From: an uncultured Solirubrobacterales bacterium
GTDB lineage: Bacteria; Actinomycetota; Thermoleophilia; Solirubrobacterales; Solirubrobacteraceae
Length of the DNA: 64,000 bases
NCBI GenBank assembly: GCA_963838865.1
Contig: CAWISN010000002.1
Span: 251,979 to 315,978 of the forward strand
Direction of reading: 5' to 3'
Shown here: one piece after another, positions 26,303 through 38,560 of the stretch
Layout: every line of letters begins with the position of its first letter
How positions within the stretch are numbered: the first letter of the stretch is position 1
Made by a program: the position numbers and the translations under genes
Notes under the pieces: generated by a model
Seen by the model: only the letters and a program-made list of their open reading frames with translations
Database searches by the model: none
What the model was told of the DNA's origin: nothing

Positions 26303-28930
26303 CTACGGCTTCGGCACCAGCGAATCCGGCGCGTTCGGGTTGGACGAGCCCGAGCCTGAGCCCCCAGAGCCGCTGACCGGCGTGTTGGGAACGCCGGACC
26401 CGGCCACGTATGGCTGCGGCGTGGTCACCGAGCCCCCGAACGGCGTGGCCAGGGCCTGGATCGGCGTGGTGTACATGCCGTTGACCGCGCCGCCCACGTT
26501 TGGCTGGTTGGGCGGCAGGAAGAACTGGGTGTCGGTTGAGTTGATCTCGTCCACCGGGACCGTGGCGTCGCCGTTGTCACTCTCCGCTGTGAACAGGAGG
26601 TGGAGCCCGTGCGTGGCCACATCGCCCTGGTAATAGCGCACGTCCCCCTCGGGACCGAAATTCGGATCAGGCTCCGGGTCGGGCTGCTCGGCCGGCTTGC
26701 TGGAGTCATACGTGGCGGTCCCGGGGATGTTGTACGGGGTGCCATCCAGGTGGTGGTTCCAGCAGCGCCGCTGGTAGCTCTGCGTGCCGTCGTACGTCGT
26801 GCCGTCCCGGGTGACCGAGCCGGGATAGCGGCTGCCCGGAGCCGGGGCGGGGGAGACCGCGACCGGATGCCCGTTCACATCCGCAAAGCCCCAGGTGGTC
26901 GGCTCATTGGGGCTGCGGAAAGCCAGATGCGGACCCGGGTCGCTGCCCGTCCCGTCATCGAAGCACGAGTCATCAACGTAATACGGAACGGCCTCAACCA
27001 GAGCCTGGGCGCCGCCGGGGCTCGTCGGCTGGTCCTGGGAGATGCCCCACTTCTCGAACATCGTGCCCGCCGGCCCGGTCATCTCCTCCCAGGAGAGCAG
27101 CTCGGGCGCCAGCCCGGAATAGGTGGCGTCGGGGGCATTGAAGGAGCCGTACACGCAGGCGCTGGATGTACACGTGGAGTTGTTGGGGTTGCCCACGCTG
27201 ACCGGTTTGCCGCCGTTGGCCTGCTGGACGGCCCGCCCCAGCTTGTCGTTGCTCGACCAGGACACTCCGTCCGGGCCGATATGGGCGTTCATGTCCCCGT
27301 AGAGCACGGGGTTGATCCCCTCCACCGGGACTCCCTGCGAGTTATAGGGGTTGTAGTACTTGGTGATCCTCCCGGCCGTCATGTCCCACTGGGTGTAGAT
27401 CCCGTCCAGCGGAGGGATCGGGTGCACCCTGAGGTCGAACTCGTGCACGACGCTGTAGGGATAGAAGAAATCGGTCCGGGTCACGTTGGTGCCGGAATCG
27501 GATCCCCAGGTCACCCGGATCACTCGCACGGGCCCGACCTTCACGCCCATCGTCATTGAAGAGCCGCCCCAGTTGTTCTGCTCGTCCTCATAGCCACAGC
27601 ACGGCGTATTGCCGCCGGGGGATTGCTGGAACGCGCGCCCCTTCCAGCGATCGATGATGCTGGGCCCGTAGTTGTGAGCGCTCAGGCCCGAGTCGTTGGG
27701 AGAGACGGACAGGCCGTCCATGAGCCACCGCCCGTCGTAGCGAAACTCGTAGCGGGGCGTGTACACCGTGCCGGTATCCAGCGTGCGCCGCCGCACGTAT
27801 GTGTCCGGGTCGAGGATCACGTCGCCCGCGGCGTTGTACTTGAACCCCTGGCCGATCACGGCCTGGCCATCGGGCGTGCCGTTGGGCTGGCAGGCCGGTC
27901 CCACCGGCGCGTTGCCGTAGTCGCTGTAGGAGCTCTGCGAGTAGGCCATCATGTCGGCATCGGCATCGGGGACGTAGTGCACGTAGGGCGAGTTGGCCGC
28001 GGTGTAGCGCAGCGGTACCGCCCACGTGCCGGACGTGTGGCCCGGAGCCGACTCCATCACGTACACGTAGCGGGTCGTCTTGCTCTGGGGGTCGACCAGA
28101 CGCACCTGGTAGGCCGAGACGATCCCGTGAGGTAGCCCCGTGCCGCTGGGGGCCTGATCGCCTGCGTCGCGGGCCATGAAGGCCAGCTGGTCGGTGTTGA
28201 TCAGGAACGGGTTGGGGTCCGGCGTCGGGTCGGTCATGCCGGGCCGGGTGATGGCGTGGCAGGCGATCGCCGCCTGCTCGAGCTGGTGGGGCCCCGGCGG
28301 GATGCACCCAGAGGTGGCCGCTCCCGAGCCGGCATTGCAATCGGCGGGGAGCGACGGGTTGGCCGTCTCTGAAAACGGCTGGTAGTCGAAGGTGTAGGTC
28401 AGCATCTTGTCCGCGCCCGAGTAGAAGGAGAACCCTGATGCGTTATTGGTCAGGTAGTGCTCCCACATCGTGTCCACCTCGAAGGGGATCTGCACGAACT
28501 GCCGGCCGTTCCACCGGTAGCCGCGCAGGCCGTCCGGCTTGACGCCCTTGAGCACGGTGCGGACGGGTGACTGGCTGCCCTGGAAGCAGTTGTGGTCGTT
28601 GTGGTTGGCGTCCGTCGAGCCGTTGTTGTCGGGCTGCGGGTTGCTCTGGTAGCAGTCGCTCTGCGTCCCCGAGGGCTGGTTGGCCTGGCTGTTGTAGACG
28701 CCGTAGTCGTTGGGCACCTGGGGGGCACGCGCGGTCACCTCGGGCCCCGAGCTCCAGGTCGGGAAGTCCTGGCCGCTCAGGACCACCGGCTGGGTGGAGA
28801 AGGCCGAGACGTCCACGGTGGGACCGCTGGCGTGGGCCGCGGCGGCGCTCCCGCCCAGGGTGAGCAAGAGCAGAGCGGCCACGGCGCAGCTGGTGGCGAG
28901 TACGGCGAAACAGCGCTTGAGTGGGCCCAT
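26303..28930 (-). CDS. large secreted protein of unknown function (875 aa)
   Basis: Signal peptide; long ORF with codon usage typical of this window; no domain recognised. Confidence 0.8.
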   Translation of the reverse strand: MGPLKRCFAVLATSCAVAALLLLTLGGSAAAAHASGPTVDVSAFSTQPVVLSGQDFPTWSSGPEVTARAPQVPNDYGVYNSQANQPSGTQSDCYQSNPQPDNNGSTDANHNDHNCFQGSQSPVRTVLKGVKPDGLRGYRWNGRQFVQIPFEVDTMWEHYLTNNASGFSFYSGADKMLTYTFDYQPFSETANPSLPADCNAGSGAATSGCIPPGPHQLEQAAIACHAITRPGMTDPTPDPNPFLINTDQLAFMARDAGDQAPSGTGLPHGIVSAYQVRLVDPQSKTTRYVYVMESAPGHTSGTWAVPLRYTAANSPYVHYVPDADADMMAYSQSSYSDYGNAPVGPACQPNGTPDGQAVIGQGFKYNAAGDVILDPDTYVRRRTLDTGTVYTPRYEFRYDGRWLMDGLSVSPNDSGLSAHNYGPSIIDRWKGRAFQQSPGGNTPCCGYEDEQNNWGGSSMTMGVKVGPVRVIRVTWGSDSGTNVTRTDFFYPYSVVHEFDLRVHPIPPLDGIYTQWDMTAGRITKYYNPYNSQGVPVEGINPVLYGDMNAHIGPDGVSWSSNDKLGRAVQQANGGKPVSVGNPNNSTCTSSACVYGSFNAPDATYSGLAPELLSWEEMTGPAGTMFEKWGISQDQPTSPGGAQALVEAVPYYVDDSCFDDGTGSDPGPHLAFRSPNEPTTWGFADVNGHPVAVSPAPAPGSRYPGSVTRDGTTYDGTQSYQRRCWNHHLDGTPYNIPGTATYDSSKPAEQPDPEPDPNFGPEGDVRYYQGDVATHGLHLLFTAESDNGDATVPVDEINSTDTQFFLPPNQPNVGGAVNGMYTTPIQALATPFGGSVTTPQPYVAGSGVPNTPVSGSGGSGSGSSNPNAPDSLVPKP

Positions 28931-29014
28931 GGCTCACCTGAAGAACGCCGGTGAGCCCGATTACTGTCGCTGGGAAGGGGCGGGGCCAGGGCGTCGCGGG
29001 GTGTCCGGTCAGCC

Positions 29015-29128
29015 ACCAAAGATCTACAAAGCTCGGAACTCGCCGAGCGCCGAGCTACGCCATGGTCGTATGACGCGCATAGCGACACAACTCTCAGCCG
29101 CCTGCGCGAGCTTTGTCAAAACCATGGT
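29015..29128 (+). repeat. palindromic repeat family, copy B
   Basis: Arms with perfect core ACAAAGCTCG (29026-35) / CGAGCTTTGT (29107-16); 71-nt spacer containing GCGACACA. Confidence 0.7.
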
Positions 29129-29181
29129 TGTCCGCGCGCCGGCCAGGCGCGCGGCAGCGCCCGCGGCGCGACGCCCCAAGC

Positions 29182-30090
29182 CTAGCCGCCCCCGGCGCGC
29201 TCCTCCTGAGCCAGGGCGGGCGTCCGGTGCCAGGGCCGTACGGTGGCCATCCACAGCGCCCCCCCGCCGAGCAACACGCCGCACAGGGCCCACCCCAGCG
29301 CCGTGGTCGAGACCCCCACGTACTTCAACCCCGAGGCGAAGATCACGAACGCGATCACCGGGCGGATATAGCGGTCGGGCACGGTCGAGGAGAGCATCGA
29401 TCCCACCAGTACGGCCGGGACGCTGCCGATGATGAGCGAGGCGGTGACTCCGAACTTCACGTGGCCGAAGAGCAGCGCGCCCACGGCAGCGGCGGCTGTG
29501 AGCGGGACGGCCTGAGTGAGGTCCGTGCCCACCAGCTGTTTGGCGCCGATCAGGGGATACAGGAAGAGGAGCAGCACGATCATGAGCGACCCCGAGCCCA
29601 CGGAGGTCATACCCACGATCACCCCGCCGACGACACCGATAAGCACGGTGGGCAGGGGCTTGACCGTCAGCTCTCCGATGCGGGCGGTGCGTTTCTGTCC
29701 GCCCCGGCGATCCAGCAGGTAGCGGACGACCATGGCTGCCGCGCCCACCAAGAGCGCAGCCCCAAGGGCCGTCTCAATATTGGTCGCCGCCGACTTGCTG
29801 TTGCCCAGCAGGTGGAGCAGGTAGGCGCCGAGAAAGGCCGCCGGTACCGACCCGATCACCATCCAGCGCACCAGCTTGAGGTTGACCGTCCCCGCTCGCA
29901 GATGGACGGCCGCTCCGAAGGGCCGCATGACCACCGCCGCAACCAGGTCGCTGGAGATGGCGCTCGACGGCTTGACGCTGAAGAGCAGGATCAGCATCGG
30001 CGTCATCAGCGCGCCCCCACCGGCGCCGGTCATGCCGACCAGGAGGCCGACGACGGCGCTGCCCAGGATGATGTAGGGGTCGATGTGCAC
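29182..30090 (-). CDS. TauE/SafE family permease
   Basis: GMTGAGGGALMTP, SVGSGSL, VGTDL motifs; multi-TM. Confidence 0.9.
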   Translation of the reverse strand: MHIDPYIILGSAVVGLLVGMTGAGGGALMTPMLILLFSVKPSSAISSDLVAAVVMRPFGAAVHLRAGTVNLKLVRWMVIGSVPAAFLGAYLLHLLGNSKSAATNIETALGAALLVGAAAMVVRYLLDRRGGQKRTARIGELTVKPLPTVLIGVVGGVIVGMTSVGSGSLMIVLLLFLYPLIGAKQLVGTDLTQAVPLTAAAAVGALLFGHVKFGVTASLIIGSVPAVLVGSMLSSTVPDRYIRPVIAFVIFASGLKYVGVSTTALGWALCGVLLGGGALWMATVRPWHRTPALAQEERAGGG

Positions 30091-30095
30091 CGGTC

Positions 30096-31130
30096 TCAGG
30101 CCGGGGCCGGCGTCGGGTTCGGCTGCGGGATCTTGGCGGCCAGGTCGACCAGGGCCTGGATGACCTCGTCGGGGCGCTCGAGTGGCGCCATGTGACCCGT
30201 GTCGGGGAGGATGATCAGGCGCTCAAGCTGGGGAAGCTTCTCCGCGATCCGGCGGGCGTGGGAGGGAGGCGTGAGCCGATCCTTCTCGCCGGCCAGGACG
30301 ATCGAGGGCACCGTGAGCCGCGGCAGGGCGTCGTAGAGCTCAATCTCCGAGATGGCAATGCCCACGTCAGCCCGTGTGCGCGGAGGCATGCCGATCAGCA
30401 TCCGCTCATAGAACGCCACCTGAGCCGGTGACGCCGAAGGGCCGAAGGCCACCCGGCGCACCAGGGCGTGACTGATGGGTGACGAGAAGTGAGGGAGAGG
30501 GGCCCGGCTGCCGATGAAGCCGTGCCTGGCAATCGTGCGGTTCAGCGCCCGAGCGAAGGCCGGGAGGGGGAGGAGCAGGTGCTCGGCCAGCAGATCACCG
30601 ACGCCGGTGTTGAGTAGCGCGGCGGCGCCGACCAACCGCTCCACATCATGGTGCTCGGCCCAGGCGGCGATCGACATTGCGCCCAGCGAGTGGCCGACGA
30701 TTAGCGCGCGCTGCCCCTCACCCACCGCCGCTTCCAGGACGGCCTCGAGATCCTCGCCAAAACGATCGATCGCGTAGTCGCCGCTTCCCTCGCTCTGGCC
30801 GTGGCCGCGCAGGTCGTAGGCCACCACGCGGAAGCCCTGGCTGGACAGGCTTCGGATCTCATGCACCCAGTAGTTGTGGTTCTCCGTCCAGCCGTGCGCC
30901 AGGACGATGGGCGTCCCGTCCTCGGGGCCAAAGGCCTCGGCGTAGATGCTTGCGCCGTCGGCGAGACACCACGTGAGTGGCTCGCCCGATGGCGGGTCCT
31001 CGAGCTCGCGACCAGCCGGGTCATGGGCGATGGCGCGGCTGAAGCGCCACTGCAGGAGCGCGGCAGCGGCCAGCGCGCAGGCGGCCGCCTCGCCGCCCCA
31101 CACCAGCTCTTGCCGAGACGGTCGTCTCAC
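30096..31130 (-). CDS. alpha/beta hydrolase
   Basis: HGW, YDLRGHG, GHSLG, D, GH triad; GTG 7 nt after TAGCCT. Confidence 0.85.
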   Translation of the reverse strand: MRRPSRQELVWGGEAAACALAAAALLQWRFSRAIAHDPAGRELEDPPSGEPLTWCLADGASIYAEAFGPEDGTPIVLAHGWTENHNYWVHEIRSLSSQGFRVVAYDLRGHGQSEGSGDYAIDRFGEDLEAVLEAAVGEGQRALIVGHSLGAMSIAAWAEHHDVERLVGAAALLNTGVGDLLAEHLLLPLPAFARALNRTIARHGFIGSRAPLPHFSSPISHALVRRVAFGPSASPAQVAFYERMLIGMPPRTRADVGIAISEIELYDALPRLTVPSIVLAGEKDRLTPPSHARRIAEKLPQLERLIILPDTGHMAPLERPDEVIQALVDLAAKIPQPNPTPAPA

Positions 31131-31160
31131 GGGCCGAAGGCTACAAATAGGATGCCCGCG

Positions 31161-32193
31161 ATGCGAATCGGCATCCTCACTGGAGGCGGCGACTGCCCTG
31201 GCCTGAACGCCGTCATCCGAGCGGTGGTGCGCAAGGCGGTGGACGAGCACGGCGACCAGGTGGTCGGCTTCCGAGACGGCTGGCGGGGCGTTCTGGACGG
31301 CGCCATCACGCGAGCTCACGCTGGAATCGATCCGGGGGATTCTCCCGCGGGGTGGAACGATCCTGGGCAGCTCCCGGACCAACCCGTACAAGCGCGAGGA
31401 TGGGGTGCAGCGGCTGCAAGCGACGCTGCGGGACTTCCGGATCGACGGGCTGATCGCCATCGGCGGGGAGGACACGCTCGGCGTGGCCGCCCGCCTGGGG
31501 GACGACGGGATCAACGTGATCGGCGTCCCGAAGACGATCGACAATGACCTGGGAGGCACAGACGTCACGTTCGGGTTCGACACCGCCCTGTCCATCGCCA
31601 CCGAGGCGATCGACCGCCTGCACACCACGGCCGAGAGCCACAACCGGATCCTGATCGTGGAGGTGATGGGGCGCACGGCGGGCTGGATTGCGCTGCACAG
31701 CGGGATCGCTGGCGGGGCGGACGTGATCCTGATCCCAGAGATCCCGTTCGACATCGAGGAGGTGTGCCGGCTGATCAACCGCCGCCACGAGCGGGGCCGC
31801 TATTTCTCGATCGTGGTCGCGGCGGAGGGGGCCGAGCCGAAGGAGGGGACGATGACCGTCACCCAGGCGCAAACCACGGATGAGTTTGGGCATCCCCGGC
31901 TGGGTGGGATCGGCTACGCGCTTGAGCGCGAAATTGAGCAGCGCACCGGGTTCGAGACGCGGGCGACCGTCCTGGGCCACGTTCAACGCGGAGGGACGCC
32001 CACATCCTTTGACCGGGTTCTGGCCACGCGGCTCGGCCTTGCTGCGATGGACGCCGTCCACGCCGATGCCTGGGGCATGATGACGGCGCTGCGCAGCACT
32101 GCGATCGAGCTGGTGCCGCTCAAGCAAGCGGTGGCCGATGTGCGGCGGGTGCCCGTGGAGGAGTATGAGCGTTACGGGGTGCTGTTCGGTTGA
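31161..32193 (+). CDS. pfkA: 6-phosphofructokinase, PPi-type signature (apparent frameshift near 31310)
   Basis: [39 protein letters not shown]. Confidence 0.9.
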
Positions 32194-32265
32194 ACTCCGG
32201 GGTCAACCCATTTACACACCAGGTTTGGGCTGAGCGGGATCGGTTTATGCTGAGGGTGACGCGCT

Positions 32266-34281
32266 GTGACTGCCACTGACTCCACCACCACGCTGGACAG
32301 GCTGTGTGTGGACACGATCCGGACGCTGTCCATGGACGCCGTTCAGAAGGCCAACTCCGGACATCCGGGCACGCCGATGGCCCTGGCCCCGCTTGCCTAC
32401 GTGCTGTACACGCGCGTGATGCGTCACAACCCGGCCGATCCGGACTGGATCGACCGTGACCGGTTCGTTCTGTCGGCCGGCCACGCCTCGATGCTCCTGT
32501 ATTCGATGCTCTATCTGACCGGCTATCCGCTGACGCTCGAGGACATCGAGCACTTCCGTCAGGTTGGGTCGCCGACGGCAGGACATCCCGAGCGCAAGTA
32601 CATCACCGGGCATCGAAGCCACCACCGGTCCACTCGGCCAGGGGATCTCAATGTCCGTGGGGCTGGCGCTGGCCGAGCGCATGCTGGCGGCCCGGTTCAA
32701 CCGCCCCGAGCACGAGATCGTCGATCACTACACCTTCACGATTGCCTCGGATGGGGACATCCAGGAGGGCGTGGCCTCCGAGGCCTCCTCGCTGGCCGGC
32801 CATCTCGGCCTCGGGCGTCTGATCGCCTTTTATGACGACAACAAGGTTCAGCTGGCTGGGCCGACCGACCTGGCCTTCTCCGAGGATGTGGCCGGGCGCT
32901 ACGAGGCCTACGGCTGGCACGTCCAGGACCTGGGCGACGAGGCAGACGATCTGGACCGGCTGGAGGAGGCGACCCGCGAGGCCATGGCGGTGGAGGACCG
33001 TCCGTCGCTGATCATCGTGCGCTCCCACATCGGGTACGGAAGTCCCAAGCAGGACAGCTATAAGGCGCACGGCTCGCCGCTGGGCGAGGAGGACGTGCGT
33101 AAGACCAAGGAGGCCTACGGCTGGGACCCCGACAAGCAGTTCTATGTGCCCGAGGAGGCGCTGGGCCATTTCCGGCGCTGCCGCGAGCGGGGCCAGGAGA
33201 TGCAGGCCGAATGGGAGGAGCGCTTCCAGGCTTATCGGGATGGTTACGCCGAGGAAGCAGCGCAGCTCGAAATGATCGACGCCGGCGACATGCCCGACGG
33301 CTGGGATGACGACGCGCTCCCCAGCTTCGATCCAGGCGAGGACCCGATCGCCACCCGCAAGGCCTCCGAGAAGGTCATCCAGTGGGCGGCCGAGCGGGTG
33401 CCCCACCTGATCGGTGGCTCGGCTGACCTGGCCACCTCCACCAACACCGACATCGCGGACGGCGGTGATGTGGAGAAGGGCTCCTACGAGGGCAGGAACC
33501 TCCGCTTCGGCGTGCGTGAGCACGGCATGGCCGCGATCGTCAACGGGTTGGGACTCCACGGCTTCCGTGCCTTCGGGGCCACGTTCTTGACCTTCTCGGA
33601 TTACATGCGGGGCGCCGTCCGCATCTCGGCGCTGATGAAGCTGCCGGCGATCTGGATCTGGACCCACGACTCGATCGGGCTGGGCGAGGACGGGCCCACG
33701 CATCAGCCCGTCGAGCAGCTGGCCGGCCTGCGGGCCATGCCCCGGCTGAACCTGATCCGTCCGGCGGACGCCAACGAGACCGCGCTGGGCTGGCGGTTTG
33801 CCCTGCGCAGCCAGGACGCTCCCACGGGCTTCGCCCTGTCTCGCCAGAATCTGCCCATCCTCGATCCCGATGCCGTGCCTGATGACGCCATCGAGCGCGG
33901 GCGCCTATGTGCTGCGCGACCCCGAGGGAGGCGATCCGGAGCTGATCCTGATCGGCACCGGCTCTGAGGTCTCGCTCTGTCTGGAGGCGGCCGATCTCCT
34001 GGAGGGCGTCCGGGTCCGCGTGGTGTCGCATGCCCTGCATGGACACGTTTGCCAGAGCGCCGCAGGACTACCGCGACCAGGTGCTGCCCCCGGCCTGCCG
34101 GGCCCGGGTGGCGGTGGAGGCGGCCAGCCCGCTGGGCTGGGACCGCTGGATCGGCCCCGACGGCCGGTTCCTGGGGATGGAGACATTTGGTGCATCGGGC
34201 CCGGCCAAGGACGTCTACGAGCACTTCGGCATCACGGCCAAGCATCTGGCCGAGCTGGGAAGGGAGCTGATCGGGCGATGA
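32266..34281 (+). CDS. tkt: transketolase (apparent frameshifts)
   Basis: [44 protein letters not shown]. Confidence 0.95.
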
Positions 34282-37020
34282 GCACCGCGGCGCAGGTCAA
34301 TGAGCGGCTGGCCAAGCTGACCTCGGCCGGCGTGAGCGTGTGGCTGGATCAGATACGGCGCTCGCTGGTCGAGGGCGGGGAGCTGGGCCGGATGGTCGAG
34401 GAGGAGAGCCTGCGTGGGGTGACGGCCAATCCCTCCATCTTCGAGAAGGCGATCCTGGGCTCCGACGATTACCACGAGGACCTGGAGGCGTTGGCCCGCG
34501 AGAAGCTCGAACCACAGGAGATCTATGACCGGCTGGCCCAGCGCGACGTCCAGCTGGCCTGTGAGGTCCTGGCCAGTGTCCACGAGGAATCCGGTGGCCG
34601 GGACGGATTCGTCTCGCTCGAGGTCGCGCCCGAGATCGCCTACGACACCGAGCGCACGCTCGAGATGGCGCGCGTGTACTGGAAGGCCGTGGACCGTTCC
34701 AACCTGATGATCAAGATCCCGGGACCCCCGCGGGGGTGCCCGGCGATCGAGCAGGCCATCTTCGAGGGCATCAACGTCAACGTCACGCTGCTGTTCTCGG
34801 TCGAGGCGTATGCGCGGGTGGCCGAGGCCTACCTGCGGGGCCTGGAGCGCCGCCAGGAGAAGGGGCTCTCGTTGAACGTCAACTCGGTGGCCTCGTTCTT
34901 CGTCTCCCGGGTGGACTCAAACGTGGACAAGAAGCTCGAGGCGCTGGGTCGCAGCGATCTGGCGGGCACCGCCGCGCTGGCCAACGCGCGGGCGGCCTAC
35001 CGCCGGTTCAAGGAGATCTTCTCGGGTGGACGGTGGGAGGCCCTGCGGCATGGCGGCGCGGCCGTCCAGCGGCCATTGTGGGCTTCCACCGGGACCAAGA
35101 ATCCGAGCTACTCAGACACCAAATACGTGGACGGGCTGGTGGGCCCCCACACCGTGAACACGATGCCGATGGCCACCCTGCACGCCTGCGCGGACCACCT
35201 CGAGGTCACGGGGCCCACGGTCGAGATCGATCCTGCCGATGACCTGGCCGCGCTGGCCGCCGCGGGAATCGACATGACGGAGGTGACCGACGAGCTGCTC
35301 GAGGACGGGGTCAAGCAGTTCGAGACGGCGATGAACACCTTGCTGGCCGGGATCGAGGAGCAGCGCGGGAGCCGTCGTCACCGGGCAGCCGGGCACGATC
35401 GAGGCCCACCTGTCTACCGAGGACCAGGATCAGGTCGCCGAGCGGATCGACCGGGCCGTAACCGAGAACGTGGCCCAGCGCGTGTGGCGCCGCGACGCCT
35501 CATTGTGGGGCGGCCCCGGGGTTCCGGAGATCGAGGATCGGCTGGGCTGGCTGACCCTGACCGAGGGCATCGTCGCCCATGCCAACGAGCTGCGGTCCTT
35601 CGCCCGGGAGTGCCGCGCCGATGGCTTCACCGACGCCGTCCTTCTGGGTATGGGGGGCTCTTCGCTGGGCCCCGAGGTGATTCGCCGCTCGTTTGCTCCC
35701 GCCGGTGCATATTCCGACGGGCTGCGTCTCCAGGTGCTCGACTCGACCCATCCGGATGTGGTCAGCGCCGTGCAGGAATCGGTGGACCTGGAGAAGACGC
35801 TGTTCATCGTGTCCTCCAAGTCAGGCGCCACGATCGAGACCCTTTCCCACTACCGCCACTTTGCCTCGCTGGCCAAGCCCAGTCAGTTCGTGGTCATCAC
35901 CGATCCGGGAAGCCCACTGGAGCAGCTGGCCTCCGAGGAGGGGCTTCGCCGCACGTTCCTGAACCCGCCCGATATCGGCGGGCGCTACAGCGTGCTGTCG
36001 GAGTTCGGCCTCGTCCCGGCGGCTCGATGGGGGTCGATGTGGAGGTGCTGCTGCACGGCGCCCAGGTCGCCGAGCAGGCCTGCGCCCACTACGACTCGAG
36101 CGCCTCCAACTCGGGCCTGTGGCTGGGGGCGGCGCTGGGCGAGCTGGCTCGGCAGGGACGGGACAAGCTCACGTTCATCGTCTCGCGTCCCATCGAGAGC
36201 TTTGGCCTGTGGGTGGAGCAGCTGGTGGCCGAGTCAACGGGCAAGCACGGGCGGGGAATCCTGCCCGTGGCCGACGAGCCGCTCGGCGAGCCGGAGATGT
36301 ACGGCGATGACCGGGTGTTCGTCCATCTCCGAGACCCCGACAACGCCGACGAGGACGTTGACGGCGCAGTGGAGAAGCTGGCCATGGCCGGTCATCCCGC
36401 CATCACGCTGTCCACGCACGGACCGACAGACCTGGGGCGGATCTTCTTCCTGGCCGAGTTCGCCGTCGCGGTGGCCGGGTGGGCCCTGGAGATCAACCCG
36501 TTCGATCAGCCCAACGTCCAGGAGGCCAAGGACAACACCAAGCGGGTGCTCGAGTCCGGGGCGGTTCCTGCCTTCGACTCGGCAGACGACATCGCGTTGC
36601 GGGAGCTCCTGGCGGATGCGGCGCCGCCACATTACGTGGCCCTGATGGGCTACCTGCCGTATTCGCGCGAGCTGGATGACGCCATCTCCGAGCTGCGCGC
36701 CACCATTCGCGAGAGCACGGGTGCCGCGGTCACCTTCGGATACGGTCCGCGCTTCCTGCACTCCACCGGACAGCTGCACAAAGGCGGTCCGCCCACCGGG
36801 CGCTTCCTCCAGCTGGTCAACGATCCCAGCCAGGATGTCGCCATACCCGGGCGTTGGATATTCCTTCGGCACGCTGATCGCCGCCCAGTCGGCCGGTGAC
36901 CTTCAGACGCTCCGCGGTCACGGCCTGCCCGCCGAGCGCGTCAAGCTCGAGGGTGATCCGGCCCAGGCGGTGCACGCCCTGACCGAGCGCATCAGCGGAT
37001 TGCTGTCCGACGGGCAATGA
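34278..37020 (+). CDS. tal: bifunctional transaldolase / glucose-6-phosphate isomerase (apparent frameshifts)
   Basis: WLD, NPSIF, MIKIP, SFFVSRVD, PLWASTG; then GMGGSSLG, SSKSG, GGRYS, AESTGK, NPFDQPNV. Confidence 0.88.
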
Positions 37021-38560
37021 GCACCGCCGTCGACGATCAGCTCGACGAGAACCCACTCGTCGAGGGGCTGGAGCGGCTCCCCGTCCACCCCACCGCGCTG
37101 GTCATCTTCGGCGCCACGGGGGACCTGGCCCACCGCAAGCTGCTGCCAGCGATCTACAACCTGGCCCATGAGGGTGCGCTGCCCGAGCGCTTCGAGCTGA
37201 TCGGAGTGGCCCGGCGCGAGAAGGAGCACGAGGACTTCGCCGAGATGGCGAAGGAGTCGATCGAGCGCTTCTCGCGCCAGAAGCCCGACTCGGACGTGTT
37301 GAACGGACTGCTTCAGGACGTTCGGTACCTCCCGGGCACCTTTGACGACGATAAGGTCTATTCCGAGCTCGAGCGGGTGCTCGGAGGAGTTCGACGAGAA
37401 GGCGGGCCACCCCCTCAACCGGATCTTCTACCTGACCACCGCGCCGGATTTCTTTCCCGTGATCGCCGCGAAAATCGGCGAGGCCGGTCTGGCCCGGCCG
37501 GGGCAGAGCGAGGCCCGAATCGTGATCGAGAAGCCCTTCGGGGCCGATCTGGACTCAGCGCGCAAGCTCAACGCCGATCTCCTGGAGGTCTTTCAGGAGT
37601 CGCAGATCTTCCGGATCGACCATTACCTGGGCAAGGAGACCGTCCAGAACCTGATGGCGTTCCGGTTCGCCAACACGCTGTTCGAGCCGGTGTGGAACCG
37701 CAACTTCATCGACAGCGTTCAGATCACCGCGGCTGAGGACATCGGGATCGAGGGACGGGCGGGCTACTACGACCATGCCGGGGCTCTTCGCGACCTCGTG
37801 CAGAACCACATGCTCCAGCTGCTGGCCCTGCTCACGATGGAGCCGCCGGCGTCATTCGAGGCCAACCGGGTGCGCGATGAGAAGGTCAAGGTCCTGGAGT
37901 CGATAGTGCCGCCCGCCGTGGAGGAGGTCGCTTCGATGGCCGTCCGGGGCCAGTACGGGTCCGGGGAGGCCCAGGGCAAGCAGGTTCCCGGCTATCGCGA
38001 GGAGGAGGGAGTTCCCTCGGACTCGCGCACCGAGACCTACGCCGCGCTGCGGCTGGCCGTGTCCAACTGGCGCTGGGCCGGAGTGCCTATCTACTTAAGG
38101 ACGGGCAAGCGGCTGGCCCGCAAGGTGACCGAGATCGTGGTCACCCTGAAGCCCGTGCCGCACATGGCTTTCCAGAGCACCGGCTCGGTGGGGGTGCAGG
38201 CCGAACCAGATCGTTCTCATGGTGCAGCCCGACGAGGGCGTGTCGGTGTCCCTGGGGGCCAAGATCCCAGGCGCCAGGATGCGCATCCGACCGGTGCACA
38301 TGGAGTTCCACTACGGCACCTCGTTCGTGTCCCAGTCGCCCGAGGCCTACGAGCGCCTGATCCTCGACGCCATGCGCGGCGACGCCACTCTGTTCACCCG
38401 CAACGACGAGATCGAGGCCCTGTGGGGGATCATCGATCCGATCCTCACCGCCTGGCAGGAGGACACGGACTCATCCATCCCGCAATATGAGCCGGGGTCG
38501 CAGGGGCCCGAGGAGGCCACGAGCCTGATCGCGGACGGGCAGACCTGGCGGCGGCTGTGA
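37017..38560 (+). CDS. zwf: glucose-6-phosphate 1-dehydrogenase (apparent frameshifts)
   Basis: GATGDLA, EKPFG, RIDHYLGKE, RDLVQNH, EAYERL. Confidence 0.95.

Noticed and set aside
30096-31778. 560-aa ORF extending the hydrolase over pfk
   Set aside because: The N-terminal part is antisense to pfk; the plausible start is GTG 31130.
33798-36899. 1033-aa ORF joining tkt tail, tal and pgi
   Set aside because: Mosaic of frames; tkt stop and tal start overlap at 34278-81, and the middle section is out-of-frame.
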